DNA of 53,811 nucleotides, taken from IMG/VR virus record IMGVR_UViG_3300045051_000148. One strand, given 5' to 3'. This document shows, in pieces, positions 23,436 through 31,116 of the stretch. The first letter of the stretch is position 1. The number at the start of each line of letters is the position of its first letter. The notes under the pieces are model-generated. The model made no database searches, had not been told where the DNA came from, and was given only the letters and a program-made list of their open reading frames with translations. The DNA comes from a virus. The position numbers were made by a program, and so were the translations under genes.

Positions 23436-24794
23436 TCAATCCGGCTTTTTGGCCGGTTTGGTCTTGTCGGCCTTGGGTTTGTCGGCCTTCCCGATCTCGC
23501 TCCCGATCAGGCTGTTGGGGCTGCGTTCGCCCATCACCTCGGTGAAGGATCGCCCGTCGGCCTCCAGGTGCGCGTGCTTGCCGGTGAACTGCTGCCAGCG
23601 GGTGACGATCACGTCGCAGTATTTTGGGTCCAACTCCATGAGCCTGGCAACTCGGCCGTTTTTCTCGGCTGCGATAAGGGTGGTGCCAGAGCCTCCGAAG
23701 CTGTCCAGGACGATGTCGCCGCCCTTGGTGTTGTTGAGCATCTGGTACTCGAAAAGGGCCACGGGTTTCATGGTCGGGTGCTCGCCGTTGCGGGCGGGCT
23801 TGTCGAACTCGAGGATGGTGGTCTGCTTGCGGTCGGCAGCCCAGAGGTGGCCCGCGCCGTCTTTCCAGCCGTAGAGACATGGCTCGTGCTGCCACTGGTA
23901 GTCTTGGCGGCCGAGGACAAGGCTGGACTTCTTCCAGATCAGGCACTGGCGCACGGTCCAACCGGCGTCCTTGGCGGCTCCCCGGAAGTTGTAGCCCTCG
24001 CTGTCGGCGTGCCAGATGTAGAAAACCGCCCCGGCTTTCATGACCGCGTTGGCTGCGGTGTAGGCATCGCGCAGGAACTCGCGGAACTGGGTGTCGCCCA
24101 TCGAGTCGTTTTTGATGGTGAGCTTCTCTTTGGTACCGCCCTCATAGGCCACGTTGTAGGGCGGGTCGGTCAGCCACATGTCCACAGGTTGTCCGGCGCA
24201 GAGCTTTTCCAGGTCGTCGATGCTGGTGGAGTCTCCGCAGAGCAGTCGGTGACTGCCCATGACCCACACGTCGCCTTGGACGGTGACCGGGTTGGCCGGG
24301 GCCTCGGGCGCGTCGTCGGGGTCTGTGAGGCCTTCCTCCAGCTCCAGGGGCATCAGGGCGTCGATCTCTTCTTCGGTGAAGCCTGTGAGGCCAACGTCGA
24401 AGCCGAGGTCCATCAAGTCTTTGAACTCGGTGGCCAGCATGGCGTTGTCCCATCCGGCGTTGAGGGCGAGTCGGTTGTCGGCAATGATGTAGGCGCGTTT
24501 CTTGGCCTCGGACCAGCCGGTGGCGACCATGACCGGGACCGTTTTGATTTTGAGGCGCTGTGCGGCCATTGTGCGGCCGTGTCCGGCAATGATGCCGCCT
24601 TGCTCATCGACCAGGATGGGCGTGGTCCAACCCCACTCTTTGATCGAGGCTGCGATCTGTCCGATCTGCTCGTCTGAGTGGGTGCGGCTGTTGCGTGCGT
24701 AAGGGATAAGTTTGTCGATGCTCCACTGCTCGATTTTGTCGGCAGGGTTTCCGGTGAGTTTTTCGGCGGTGATTTCCGTGGTGGGTTTTGTCAT
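23436..24794 (-). CDS. ParB-like nuclease domain fused to N6/N4 DNA methyltransferase
   Basis: Trimmed to ATG 24794 (452 aa). ParB-N-like IPYARNSRTHSDEQIGQIAASIKEWGWTTPILVD...IIAGHGR, then the methylase motif IV WLTDPPYNV and a C-terminal AdoMet motif VLDSFGGSGTT. Confidence 0.9.
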   Translation of the reverse strand: MTKPTTEITAEKLTGNPADKIEQWSIDKLIPYARNSRTHSDEQIGQIAASIKEWGWTTPILVDEQGGIIAGHGRTMAAQRLKIKTVPVMVATGWSEAKKRAYIIADNRLALNAGWDNAMLATEFKDLMDLGFDVGLTGFTEEEIDALMPLELEEGLTDPDDAPEAPANPVTVQGDVWVMGSHRLLCGDSTSIDDLEKLCAGQPVDMWLTDPPYNVAYEGGTKEKLTIKNDSMGDTQFREFLRDAYTAANAVMKAGAVFYIWHADSEGYNFRGAAKDAGWTVRQCLIWKKSSLVLGRQDYQWQHEPCLYGWKDGAGHLWAADRKQTTILEFDKPARNGEHPTMKPVALFEYQMLNNTKGGDIVLDSFGGSGTTLIAAEKNGRVARLMELDPKYCDVIVTRWQQFTGKHAHLEADGRSFTEVMGERSPNSLIGSEIGKADKPKADKTKPAKKPD

Positions 24795-24819
24795 GAGGTG
24801 CCTTCGGTGGTGGTGGGGA

Positions 24820-25041
24820 TTATGCAACGCGCCAGCAGCGGGCACCGCCTTCGACTGTGTTGCAGGTGAATTTTTTGCCTGTTTTGTTGGCGTGCCACTG
24901 AGCGGAGTTGCTCAAGGCTCTTGCGCTCATCTTGGGGGCAAAAAACGAATCGCCGATCTCCATTTTTGCAAACGGGTACTTGGGTCGAGCGCCGCCACCG
25001 GTGTGCTCAGGGGCGGGGATATTTTTCTCTATTTCGAACAT
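24820..25041 (-). CDS. Small conserved phage protein, first gene of late/packaging block
   Basis: 73 aa, AAGGA SD. ...ARPKYPFAKMEIGDSFFAP... resembles small proteins often found next to ParB-methylases. Confidence 0.65.
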   Translation of the reverse strand: MFEIEKNIPAPEHTGGGARPKYPFAKMEIGDSFFAPKMSARALSNSAQWHANKTGKKFTCNTVEGGARCWRVA

Positions 25042-25131
25042 GGGCCATCCTTGGTTTGAACTTGGGCCTTTATTGTTGATCGAGTTGCAAAAAAATCAAA
25101 TTCAATACCCGACCCGTGTGATCGGGAATTT

Positions 25132-25482
25132 TTGGCACAACCTGGCACCGGTGGAACCGGATAAAAGCAGACATTTTCACTGTGTTCTTTCTTGCGTGTG
25201 TGTGTGCGTGTGTGCATGTGAATATAGGCGTTTTATCTTGTGCATGGTTGTGCCAAAGTCAAAAACACCAATAAAATCAAAGGGTTGCACGGTTTTTTGT
25301 CGGTCGAAAAAAGTTGTGCCAGCTTGCACCGGCACACCTTTAAGTTGTGCCAAAAGCCGGATTTCAGAATGGCTCAGCATCGCTTTCCCAATCGTGACGC
25401 AAGCGAATGCCGGTGTAGAGGTTCAATCGTGTGCCAGAACCCTCCGTGGCACAGGCTTCCTGACCCCTCGATGTTGTGCCAG
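25132..25482. repeat. Cluster of YTGGCACAAC motif copies (iteron/operator candidates)
   Basis: TTGGCACAAC at 25132-25141 (+). Reverse copies at 25247-25256, 25313-25322 (CTGG...), 25344-25353 and 25473-25482 (CTGG...), plus a degenerate copy CTGGCACACG at 25428-25437. Four copies lie in the AT-rich gap and two in the 3' end of the primase-helicase gene. Confidence 0.7.
25194..25220. repeat. 27-nt perfectly alternating purine-pyrimidine tract (imperfect GT repeat)
   Basis: gcgtgtgtgtgtgcgtgtgtgcatgtg alternates R/Y at every position. It sits in the intergenic region between the motif copies. Confidence 0.9.
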
Positions 25483-28003
25483 AACCGCGTGGTTGGCTGC
25501 GTTTGACGCCCGGGAAAGCGGCCGAAAGTTGGCGGCCAAACGACACCTTGGTGCCTGCGTGATCGCGGCCCTGGGCCTCGCACCACTTCTTCCAAGCCTT
25601 GAAAAGCTCGTCGCGATCGGCTTGGGCGTGCTCGCTGACCACGCACATCTCGTCCACAAAAGCGCGGATCGGGCTGGTCTGATCGACCAGGTCTGAAGCC
25701 AGCTCGTCGGCCGAGGTGGGGCGCTGGAAGTAGCCGCGCTGGTTCAGACGGGCCAGGCCCTCAAGTGCCCACAGGACGATGCCGGGCAGCTCCTTGAGCA
25801 GGCGGGCCGTGAGGCCGTGGTCCTCCTTGCCCAGGAAGCTCGTGTTGAACTTGAAGGGCAGGAACCGGTTGGCCAGGGCGGCCGAGGCGTCCGAGAAGGC
25901 GGGCAGCTCGTTGGAGGCCAGCACGAAGCGGATGGCCATCTTGCCGGACCAGGCGGTCATGTTCTTGCGGTCGATCGTGATGGTGTCCTCGCCCGAGATC
26001 CGCAGCAAGTTTTCCACGATGGGCTGCTGGTCTGCGCGGCCGGAGAGGCGGGCGTCGGAGATCATGGCCAGGCGCTTGCCGATCAGGGGCTGCAGGCCGA
26101 ACTGCGTGCCAAGCGACGCGAGGCTGGGGCTCACCCGGTTGGCGTACCCGACCAGGGCTTCGAGGATGCGCAAGATGGTGCCCTTGCCGCAGCGTGGGGG
26201 GCCGATCAGCATGAACATCTTTTGCTGGCTGGTGTCGTCGGTCAGCAGGTAGCCGAACATCTCGGCCAGGGTGCTGATGGACTCGGGGTCGTCGGGCCAG
26301 AGGCTGTGCAGGAACTTCAGCCACTCGGTCGGCGCGCTGGCGCTGGGGTCGTAGTCGAAGTCCAGGGAGGACACGCAAAACAGCCGGTCCGTCGACGGCA
26401 TGATGGTGCGGGTCGGGTGGTGCAAGAAGCCGTTTTTGAAGGCCACGATCTCGTGGGCCAAGTGGTCGCCAGGCTTGGGTTCAATCCAGACTTGGGGCTC
26501 GGGCAGGTCGGCGTAGCACACCGCGCGCAGGGCGTGGGCGACGTCGTTGACCGTTGAGGTTTTCGGGTTGAAGGCCACCGTCTCGCTGTCGCCTGTCTTA
26601 GGGTTGACTTTGAGCGTCAGGCACCCGGCCATGAAGTGGTACAGGCGCTGGTCGATGTAGACCCGGTCCCGAGTGACGTAGCGCGTGGCGTCCCAGCTGT
26701 AGAACTCGCCGCGCCAGTGGATGATGCGCCCGCGCTCGGGCAGCGTCTCGTGGAACAGCTCGGCCGTTTTCATGGGCGAGCTCGAGAAGATCATCGGCTG
26801 ATCATGGCTGTCCGGCGGAATGTTGTCAGGGGCCCGGGGTGGCTCAGGGGGCGGGGGCGTGTGCCCAGCGTGGTCCGAAACGTCGGGGATGGGTGCGTCG
26901 TCGAAGTCGGGCGGCAGGTCGTCCCAGGGCGGCTCAAAATCGGATGGAAACGGGTCCGAATCGGGTGGAATCGGTTGTTTTTCTGGCGGTGGCTCATCCG
27001 GTGAGCCTGCCTTCATGATGCAGTCCTCGACGGCGGCCAGGCCGTCGGCCAGGTGCAGGTCGTTGAAGTCGGTACCGGTGCCCCGCGTTGAGACGTTCCA
27101 GACCGGGATGGCCAGCAGCGCGTTGACGGCTTGGGCGGTCTTGCGGGCGTAGGTCAGGCCAGGGTTGCCCTCGGTTTGAGCGTCGTCGTCGGCCGCGATG
27201 ATCAGGCGGGCCTCGGGTAGCGCGGCGCGAATCTTGCGGGCAACCGGCTCCAGGTTCCCGGCGTTGAAGGCAACAACCACGCAGTGCCCGGTGGCCATGC
27301 GGATGGAGCAGCAAGTGGCCCAGCCCTCGGCGATCACCACGGTGCCTTGCTTGTCGGGCTTGCCTAGCACTGTGTAAGCGCCGCCCGATGGCGTGCCTTT
27401 GAGAAACAGCTTTGTGCCGTCAGACTTGATGCGTTGGAGGCCAACCAGTGCGCCGGGGCCGTGGCGCAGCGGGATGAGCAGCTCGTCGCCCAGCATGCGG
27501 GCACCCTCGGGCTCGATCTGCTTGCGCTGAGGGTAGGGGTGGCTGGTGACCGTGGTGGCCCGAGCCCACATCTCGGCGGCGCGGGTGGCAGCGGCGTCGC
27601 GCTCTATTTTGGCCTGGGCCTCCTCGGCTGCCATGCGGGCCTCGCGCTCGGCGATGCGGCGGGCACGTTCCTCTGGGTCGACCGGCTTGCGGTCCTGGGC
27701 TGTTGATTTGTAGCCGCCCTCTTTGGCCAGGGCGATCAGGGTGCCTATGGTGGCGCGGTTGGAGCCGCCGCCGGGTTTGCAGGATTTCCAAACGTCGCGT
27801 GCGTCGCGGCTGTTGTAGTTTGAGCCCTGCTGGCTCCAGGCGTCCCACGCTTCGAAGGCGGGCTCACCGAATTCTTCTTTGAGGATGAAGGCCATCTTCA
27901 CCCAGGTCTCGCGGTCATCGACGCCGCGAACGAATGAGAGCATGCGCTCCGCTGTCTCGAGGGAAATGGGGTCCCTTGGCCCTGTAGTTTTTGTTCGTTG
28001 CAT
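25364..28003 (-). CDS. Bifunctional primase-helicase (PriCT-like N-domain, Toprim, P4-alpha/D5-type SF3 helicase)
   Basis: 879 aa. N-terminal WVKMAFILKEEFGEPAFEAWDAWS (PriCT-2-like). Toprim VVIAEGWATCCS...IIAADDDAQTEGNPG...GTDFNDL. Pro-rich linker. Walker A LIGPPRCGKGT and downstream D5/P4-type helicase character. Confidence 0.9.
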   Translation of the reverse strand: MQRTKTTGPRDPISLETAERMLSFVRGVDDRETWVKMAFILKEEFGEPAFEAWDAWSQQGSNYNSRDARDVWKSCKPGGGSNRATIGTLIALAKEGGYKSTAQDRKPVDPEERARRIAEREARMAAEEAQAKIERDAAATRAAEMWARATTVTSHPYPQRKQIEPEGARMLGDELLIPLRHGPGALVGLQRIKSDGTKLFLKGTPSGGAYTVLGKPDKQGTVVIAEGWATCCSIRMATGHCVVVAFNAGNLEPVARKIRAALPEARLIIAADDDAQTEGNPGLTYARKTAQAVNALLAIPVWNVSTRGTGTDFNDLHLADGLAAVEDCIMKAGSPDEPPPEKQPIPPDSDPFPSDFEPPWDDLPPDFDDAPIPDVSDHAGHTPPPPEPPRAPDNIPPDSHDQPMIFSSSPMKTAELFHETLPERGRIIHWRGEFYSWDATRYVTRDRVYIDQRLYHFMAGCLTLKVNPKTGDSETVAFNPKTSTVNDVAHALRAVCYADLPEPQVWIEPKPGDHLAHEIVAFKNGFLHHPTRTIMPSTDRLFCVSSLDFDYDPSASAPTEWLKFLHSLWPDDPESISTLAEMFGYLLTDDTSQQKMFMLIGPPRCGKGTILRILEALVGYANRVSPSLASLGTQFGLQPLIGKRLAMISDARLSGRADQQPIVENLLRISGEDTITIDRKNMTAWSGKMAIRFVLASNELPAFSDASAALANRFLPFKFNTSFLGKEDHGLTARLLKELPGIVLWALEGLARLNQRGYFQRPTSADELASDLVDQTSPIRAFVDEMCVVSEHAQADRDELFKAWKKWCEAQGRDHAGTKVSFGRQLSAAFPGVKRSQPRGSGTTSRGQEACATEGSGTRLNLYTGIRLRHDWESDAEPF

Positions 28004-28184
28004 ACCTGGCGTCTGTTGGCTGGCGAATAAAAGGTGGGGCAGCCCTCGCCAGGGTCAGGCCTTGTCACCGGTGGATCAGACCGGTCAAGCCCCGTGAACA
28101 GTATAAGGGCGTGCGGGCGGAAAAACGCAACACCTGCGAAAATAAATGTGCGGTTTTGCGCAACGGTTGTGGTAGCATCGTTGC

Positions 28185-28243
28185 TGACGCCAGTGCTCAC
28201 GGAGTCCTGCAAGGAACTCGGCGAAACGCGGGTGCTGGCGTCA
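28185..28243. repeat. Nested inverted repeat in non-coding gap
   Basis: TGACGCCAG (28185-28193) pairs with CTGGCGTCA (28235-28243). Inside it GGAGTCC..GGAACTC forms a second imperfect hairpin. Confidence 0.6.
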
Positions 28244-28258
28244 CATCACGCATGCGGC

Positions 28259-28290
28259 TTGGCATAAATGGCACACCCTGCTGGCATAAA
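28259..28290. repeat. Three YTGGCAYA motif copies upstream of primase-helicase gene
   Basis: TTGGCATAAA (28259-28268), ATGGCACACC (28268-28277) and CTGGCATAAA (28281-28290). They are related to the YTGGCACAAC cluster at the other end of the gene. Confidence 0.5.
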
Positions 28291-28368
28291 CCGACAAAAC
28301 CGGGGTTCTGGCCAAGTCGGGCTAACAGGCTGCAGCCGTGATGGTGTAGTTCAAGTTTTGGAGAACAG

Positions 28369-28387
28369 CCCGTCAGTGGATGACGGG
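28369..28387 (-). terminator. Stem-loop after VRR-NUC gene
   Basis: CCCGTCA-5 nt-TGACGGG perfect 7-bp stem, 29 nt after the stop at 28416, followed on the minus strand by CTGTTCTCC. The U-tract is weak. Confidence 0.4.
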
Positions 28388-28415
28388 GAAATGCCGGGAT
28401 CAGCACCGGCCACCA

Positions 28416-28730
28416 TCAACCTCCATTCACCGCCAGCCTGGCATCCTCCACCGACCGAACGATTGCCGCCAGGGCCCCGCGCTTTTTCATCGCGGCGATG
28501 AATGCGAGCTGCTCGGGTCTGGCACGGCCCTTGGCGGTTTTCACCTCCAGATAGAACGCCCGCGCATCGCTGGCCCGGTGTCCAAACAAATCCGAGAAGC
28601 CTTTGGGCAGACCTGTTTTGACAGGCCGACCATCTTTGGTGAAAAACATCCCCACATTGGCCCTGGCCACGAAGTGCCCGTCGGTAGACAGCGCAATCAT
28701 GATCTGATGCATTAAATCAGTCTCGCTCAT
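28416..28730 (-). CDS. VRR-NUC domain nuclease
   Basis: Trimmed to ATG 28730 (ATGA overlap). 104 aa. GLPKGFSDLFG...AFYLEVKTAKGRARPEQLAFIAAMKKRGALAAIVRSVEDA fits the D...E.K nuclease core of VRR-NUC. Confidence 0.85.
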   Translation of the reverse strand: MSETDLMHQIMIALSTDGHFVARANVGMFFTKDGRPVKTGLPKGFSDLFGHRASDARAFYLEVKTAKGRARPEQLAFIAAMKKRGALAAIVRSVEDARLAVNGG

Positions 28731-29002
28731 CGCCTGCCATGCTCCCAAACACGCCGCACCAAGGCCTCGAGCTCCTGGCACGCCTTCTCGCCGCGCACCT
28801 GCAGGATGCCGCGCTTGACGATCTTGCCCGCCTCCTCACGGCCGCGCAGGTACTCGCGCCGGGCGACCTTGTCGGGGATGGACAGGATGTGGCGGGCCTC
28901 GCACTCAGCACGCCAGGCCTCGCAGTAGGTGCACACCGTGGTGCCGTCGATCAACTTCACGACCTGGTCGGTTTCCAGGCGGTTGCAACCAGCGCAGCTC
29001 AT
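28727..29002 (-). CDS. Small zinc-ribbon-like protein
   Basis: Trimmed to ATG 29002 (ATGA overlap). 91 aa, MSCAGCNRLE...VCTYCEAWRAECEAR... Confidence 0.65.
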   Translation of the reverse strand: MSCAGCNRLETDQVVKLIDGTTVCTYCEAWRAECEARHILSIPDKVARREYLRGREEAGKIVKRGILQVRGEKACQELEALVRRVWEHGRR

Positions 29003-30420
29003 CGCTTCTGGGCCTCCTTGGCGGCGCGGGCGCGGAGCACGTGGCGCGCCCAAAGCTCGGGGCGTTTCATGCCCCGGGCGCGGCCGATGCGAATGAGGTC
29101 GGCCTCGGTCTGCGACCTGCCCTGCTCCATCTTGCGCTCCTTGACCGCCTGGGCCTTGGCGGCGGCAGCGGTGATCTCCTCAAGTTGCCCATCCACTTCT
29201 TCGATCTCGCGGCCAACGGGCTCGAAGTGGTGGCCACAAGCGCAGTCGGTGACGATGGAAGGCACAGTGGCAAAGCACACGGGACAGGTTTTCACCGGCA
29301 CCTCGGACTTCTTGGAGTTTTTGCGCTTTTCGACGGCGGCCAGGGTCCACTCGCGCAGGTCGGTGGGCAGCCCATGGCGCTTCACGTTGCCCGCGTGGTC
29401 GAGGATGATGCAGTCGTCCTTGCCAGGGTGTGTGCGCAGGCCACGGCCAACGGATTGCAGGTACTTCACGACCGACTGCGTAGGCGCGAGCTGGATGATG
29501 CAGCCGATGGATGGCGCGTCCACACCGGCCACCCACAGGGCGCAGTTGCAGACCACATCCAGGACGCCGTCGCGCAGGCCTTGCAGGGCAGCGTCGCGCT
29601 CAACGGTGTCGGACTCGCCGCTGATGGCCACGGCCCGGTACCCGGCCTGGCGAAACTGCTCGGCCACGTTGGTCGCGTGCTCCACGGTCACGCAAAACGC
29701 CACGGCCGGGCGACCATCGGCCAGCTTGCGGTAGTGCTGCACGGCGCTGCCGGTAATGACAGGCTTGTCCATGGCGGCGGCCAGCTCGCCCTGGTTGAAG
29801 TCGCCCATGCTGGTGTGCACACCGGACAGGTCCGGCTCGCTGGGCGCGTAGTAGCGGATGGGAGCGAGCAGCCCCTCGTCGATCAGGTCCTGCGTGCTGC
29901 AGGTGGGCACCAGGATGTCAGCGACCTCGTTCATGCCTCGGCCGTCCAGGCGGCAGGGTGTGGCCGTGAGGTGCAGCAGGTGCGCGCCGCCGGGTCGTTT
30001 GAACTTCGGGCCTGCGCCAGCCCACTCGAAAATCTGCTGGTAGGTGTTGGCCACGGCCAGGTGCGCCTCGTCCACGATGATGAGGTCCGGTGGCTGGTAC
30101 CGGTCCAGGCGGCGCACCAGGGTCTGCACCATGGCCACCTGCACGGGCAGGCGGTGGTTGCCGTCGCGGCCCGCTGCGATCCAGCCGTAGGGGATGCCCG
30201 CATCGGTCAGGCGGTTGCTAGTGTCGTTCAGGATTTCCTTGAGGTGCGCGATGAACCACACGCGCTTGCCTTTGTCGAGTGCGTTTTGGATCATGCAGAT
30301 CGCGGTTGCGCTCTTGCCAAAACCGGTCGGGGCAATCATGACCGGAGCCTTAAATCCACGGCGGTAGGCCGCACGCAAATCCTCGATGGCTTTTGCTTGT
30401 CGGGGGCGAGGTGTGATCAT
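28999..30420 (-). CDS. Superfamily-2 DEAD/DEAH-box helicase
   Basis: Trimmed to ATG 30420 (473 aa). Motif I APTGFGKSAT, motif II IIVDEAH, motif III LTATP, helicase-C motifs (VVCNCALWVAGVDAP...QSVGRGLR) and a C-terminal CPVC...CACGHH zinc finger. Confidence 0.9.
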   Translation of the reverse strand: MITPRPRQAKAIEDLRAAYRRGFKAPVMIAPTGFGKSATAICMIQNALDKGKRVWFIAHLKEILNDTSNRLTDAGIPYGWIAAGRDGNHRLPVQVAMVQTLVRRLDRYQPPDLIIVDEAHLAVANTYQQIFEWAGAGPKFKRPGGAHLLHLTATPCRLDGRGMNEVADILVPTCSTQDLIDEGLLAPIRYYAPSEPDLSGVHTSMGDFNQGELAAAMDKPVITGSAVQHYRKLADGRPAVAFCVTVEHATNVAEQFRQAGYRAVAISGESDTVERDAALQGLRDGVLDVVCNCALWVAGVDAPSIGCIIQLAPTQSVVKYLQSVGRGLRTHPGKDDCIILDHAGNVKRHGLPTDLREWTLAAVEKRKNSKKSEVPVKTCPVCFATVPSIVTDCACGHHFEPVGREIEEVDGQLEEITAAAAKAQAVKERKMEQGRSQTEADLIRIGRARGMKRPELWARHVLRARAAKEAQKR

Positions 30421-30662
30421 CGCTTCCCCGGCAACGGCTGCCGCTCCACAAAATAGCGCCCCGTGCTGTTTATGAACTTGGCGTTTAATCCTCGCTCGGC
30501 AAGCAAATGCTCGAAGGTCTCGTTGTGCGGAATGTGCGCCATCCAAACGGCGGCGATCTCGTTGGGCTGGCCGGTCGTTGCGATGCGGTTCAGGAAATCA
30601 AGGACCTCAGCGTAGGCGCGGTTTTCGAGGGCGGGTTTGAGGTCAATCATCGCTTCCCCGGC
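30416..30662. repeat. Two identical 17-nt copies at consecutive gene junctions
   Basis: atcatcgcttccccggc at 30416-30432 and 30646-30662. On the coding (minus) strand this is GCCGGGGAAGCGATGAT, encoding ...PGKR-stop overlapped by the ATG-AT(C) start of the next gene in both cases. Confidence 0.9.
30417..30650 (-). CDS. Hypothetical protein
   Basis: Trimmed to ATG 30650 (ATGA overlap). 77 aa, MIDLKPALENRAY... ends ...LPGKR. Confidence 0.6.
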   Translation of the reverse strand: MIDLKPALENRAYAEVLDFLNRIATTGQPNEIAAVWMAHIPHNETFEHLLAERGLNAKFINSTGRYFVERQPLPGKR

Positions 30663-30964
30663 TGAATCCACGCCTGCTTTTCTGTGCGACGCCACGTGGA
30701 TTTCTCGATCGCCTTGAGGTCGGCCAGGACCTCACTGTGCACAACCTCCATGCCGTGCAGGTGCAGGTATGCGTCGATCACGTTGTGCTTGTTTTTCGCA
30801 AACATGAATCGAGGCTTGCGGTGCATGCGAACGCGCAGACGGTAAATGGTGGCGCTGTGGCTGGCGAAGTCGTACCAGGCCCACAGCAGCACGAAGCCGC
30901 CGGGCGTAAAGCGGAAGTTCAGACCCAGGCGCAGGTACTCGCACTCGCGGGTGTAATGAATCAT
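30647..30964 (-). CDS. Hypothetical protein
   Basis: 105 aa, ATG start, ATGA overlaps at both ends. Ends ...QPGKR. Confidence 0.6.
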   Translation of the reverse strand: MIHYTRECEYLRLGLNFRFTPGGFVLLWAWYDFASHSATIYRLRVRMHRKPRFMFAKNKHNVIDAYLHLHGMEVVHSEVLADLKAIEKSTWRRTEKQAWIQPGKR

Positions 30965-31116
30965 TCGTCGTCCTCCTGGTGATCCTGAATCAGCTGGGCC
31001 TTAACCAGGTCCAAGCAGCCAAGCGCGGTGGGCAGCAGCATGGTCTGTTCGTATTTGTGGACAACGGCGAGCAGCTCATCGACCAGGGCTTGGGTGATTG
31101 CGCCGTGGTAGTTCAT
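30961..31116 (-). CDS. Hypothetical 51-aa acidic miniprotein
   Basis: Hand translation MNYHGAITQALVDELLAVVHKYEQTMLLPTALGCLDLVKAQLIQDHQEDDE. ATGA overlaps with both neighbours. Fills an otherwise empty 150-bp gap. Confidence 0.5.
   Translation of the reverse strand: MNYHGAITQALVDELLAVVHKYEQTMLLPTALGCLDLVKAQLIQDHQEDDE

Noticed and set aside
25132-25360. Reading the TGGCAC motifs as sigma-54 (-24/-12) promoters
   Set aside because: The consensus is TGGCAC-N5-TTGC with GG and GC 12 nt apart. In the copies checked (TGGCACAACCATGCA, TGGCACAACCTGGCA, TGGCACACCCTGCTGG) the GC dinucleotide is 1-2 nt too close or absent.
25177-25380. 67-aa minus-strand ORF in the late control region (…HAHTHTHTQERTQ)
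   Set aside because: Its C-terminus is simply the translated GT repeat. It overlaps the primase-helicase stop, lacks an SD, and has AT-rich third positions unlike real genes here.
28300-28375. Possible tRNA (GTTCAAGT T-loop-like string, GGGGTTCTGG acceptor-like start)
   Set aside because: I could not fold a cloverleaf. The T-stem arms (TGTAG / TTTGG) do not pair and the acceptor arms pair at only 5 of 7 positions. No tRNA-like sequence was seen elsewhere in the window.
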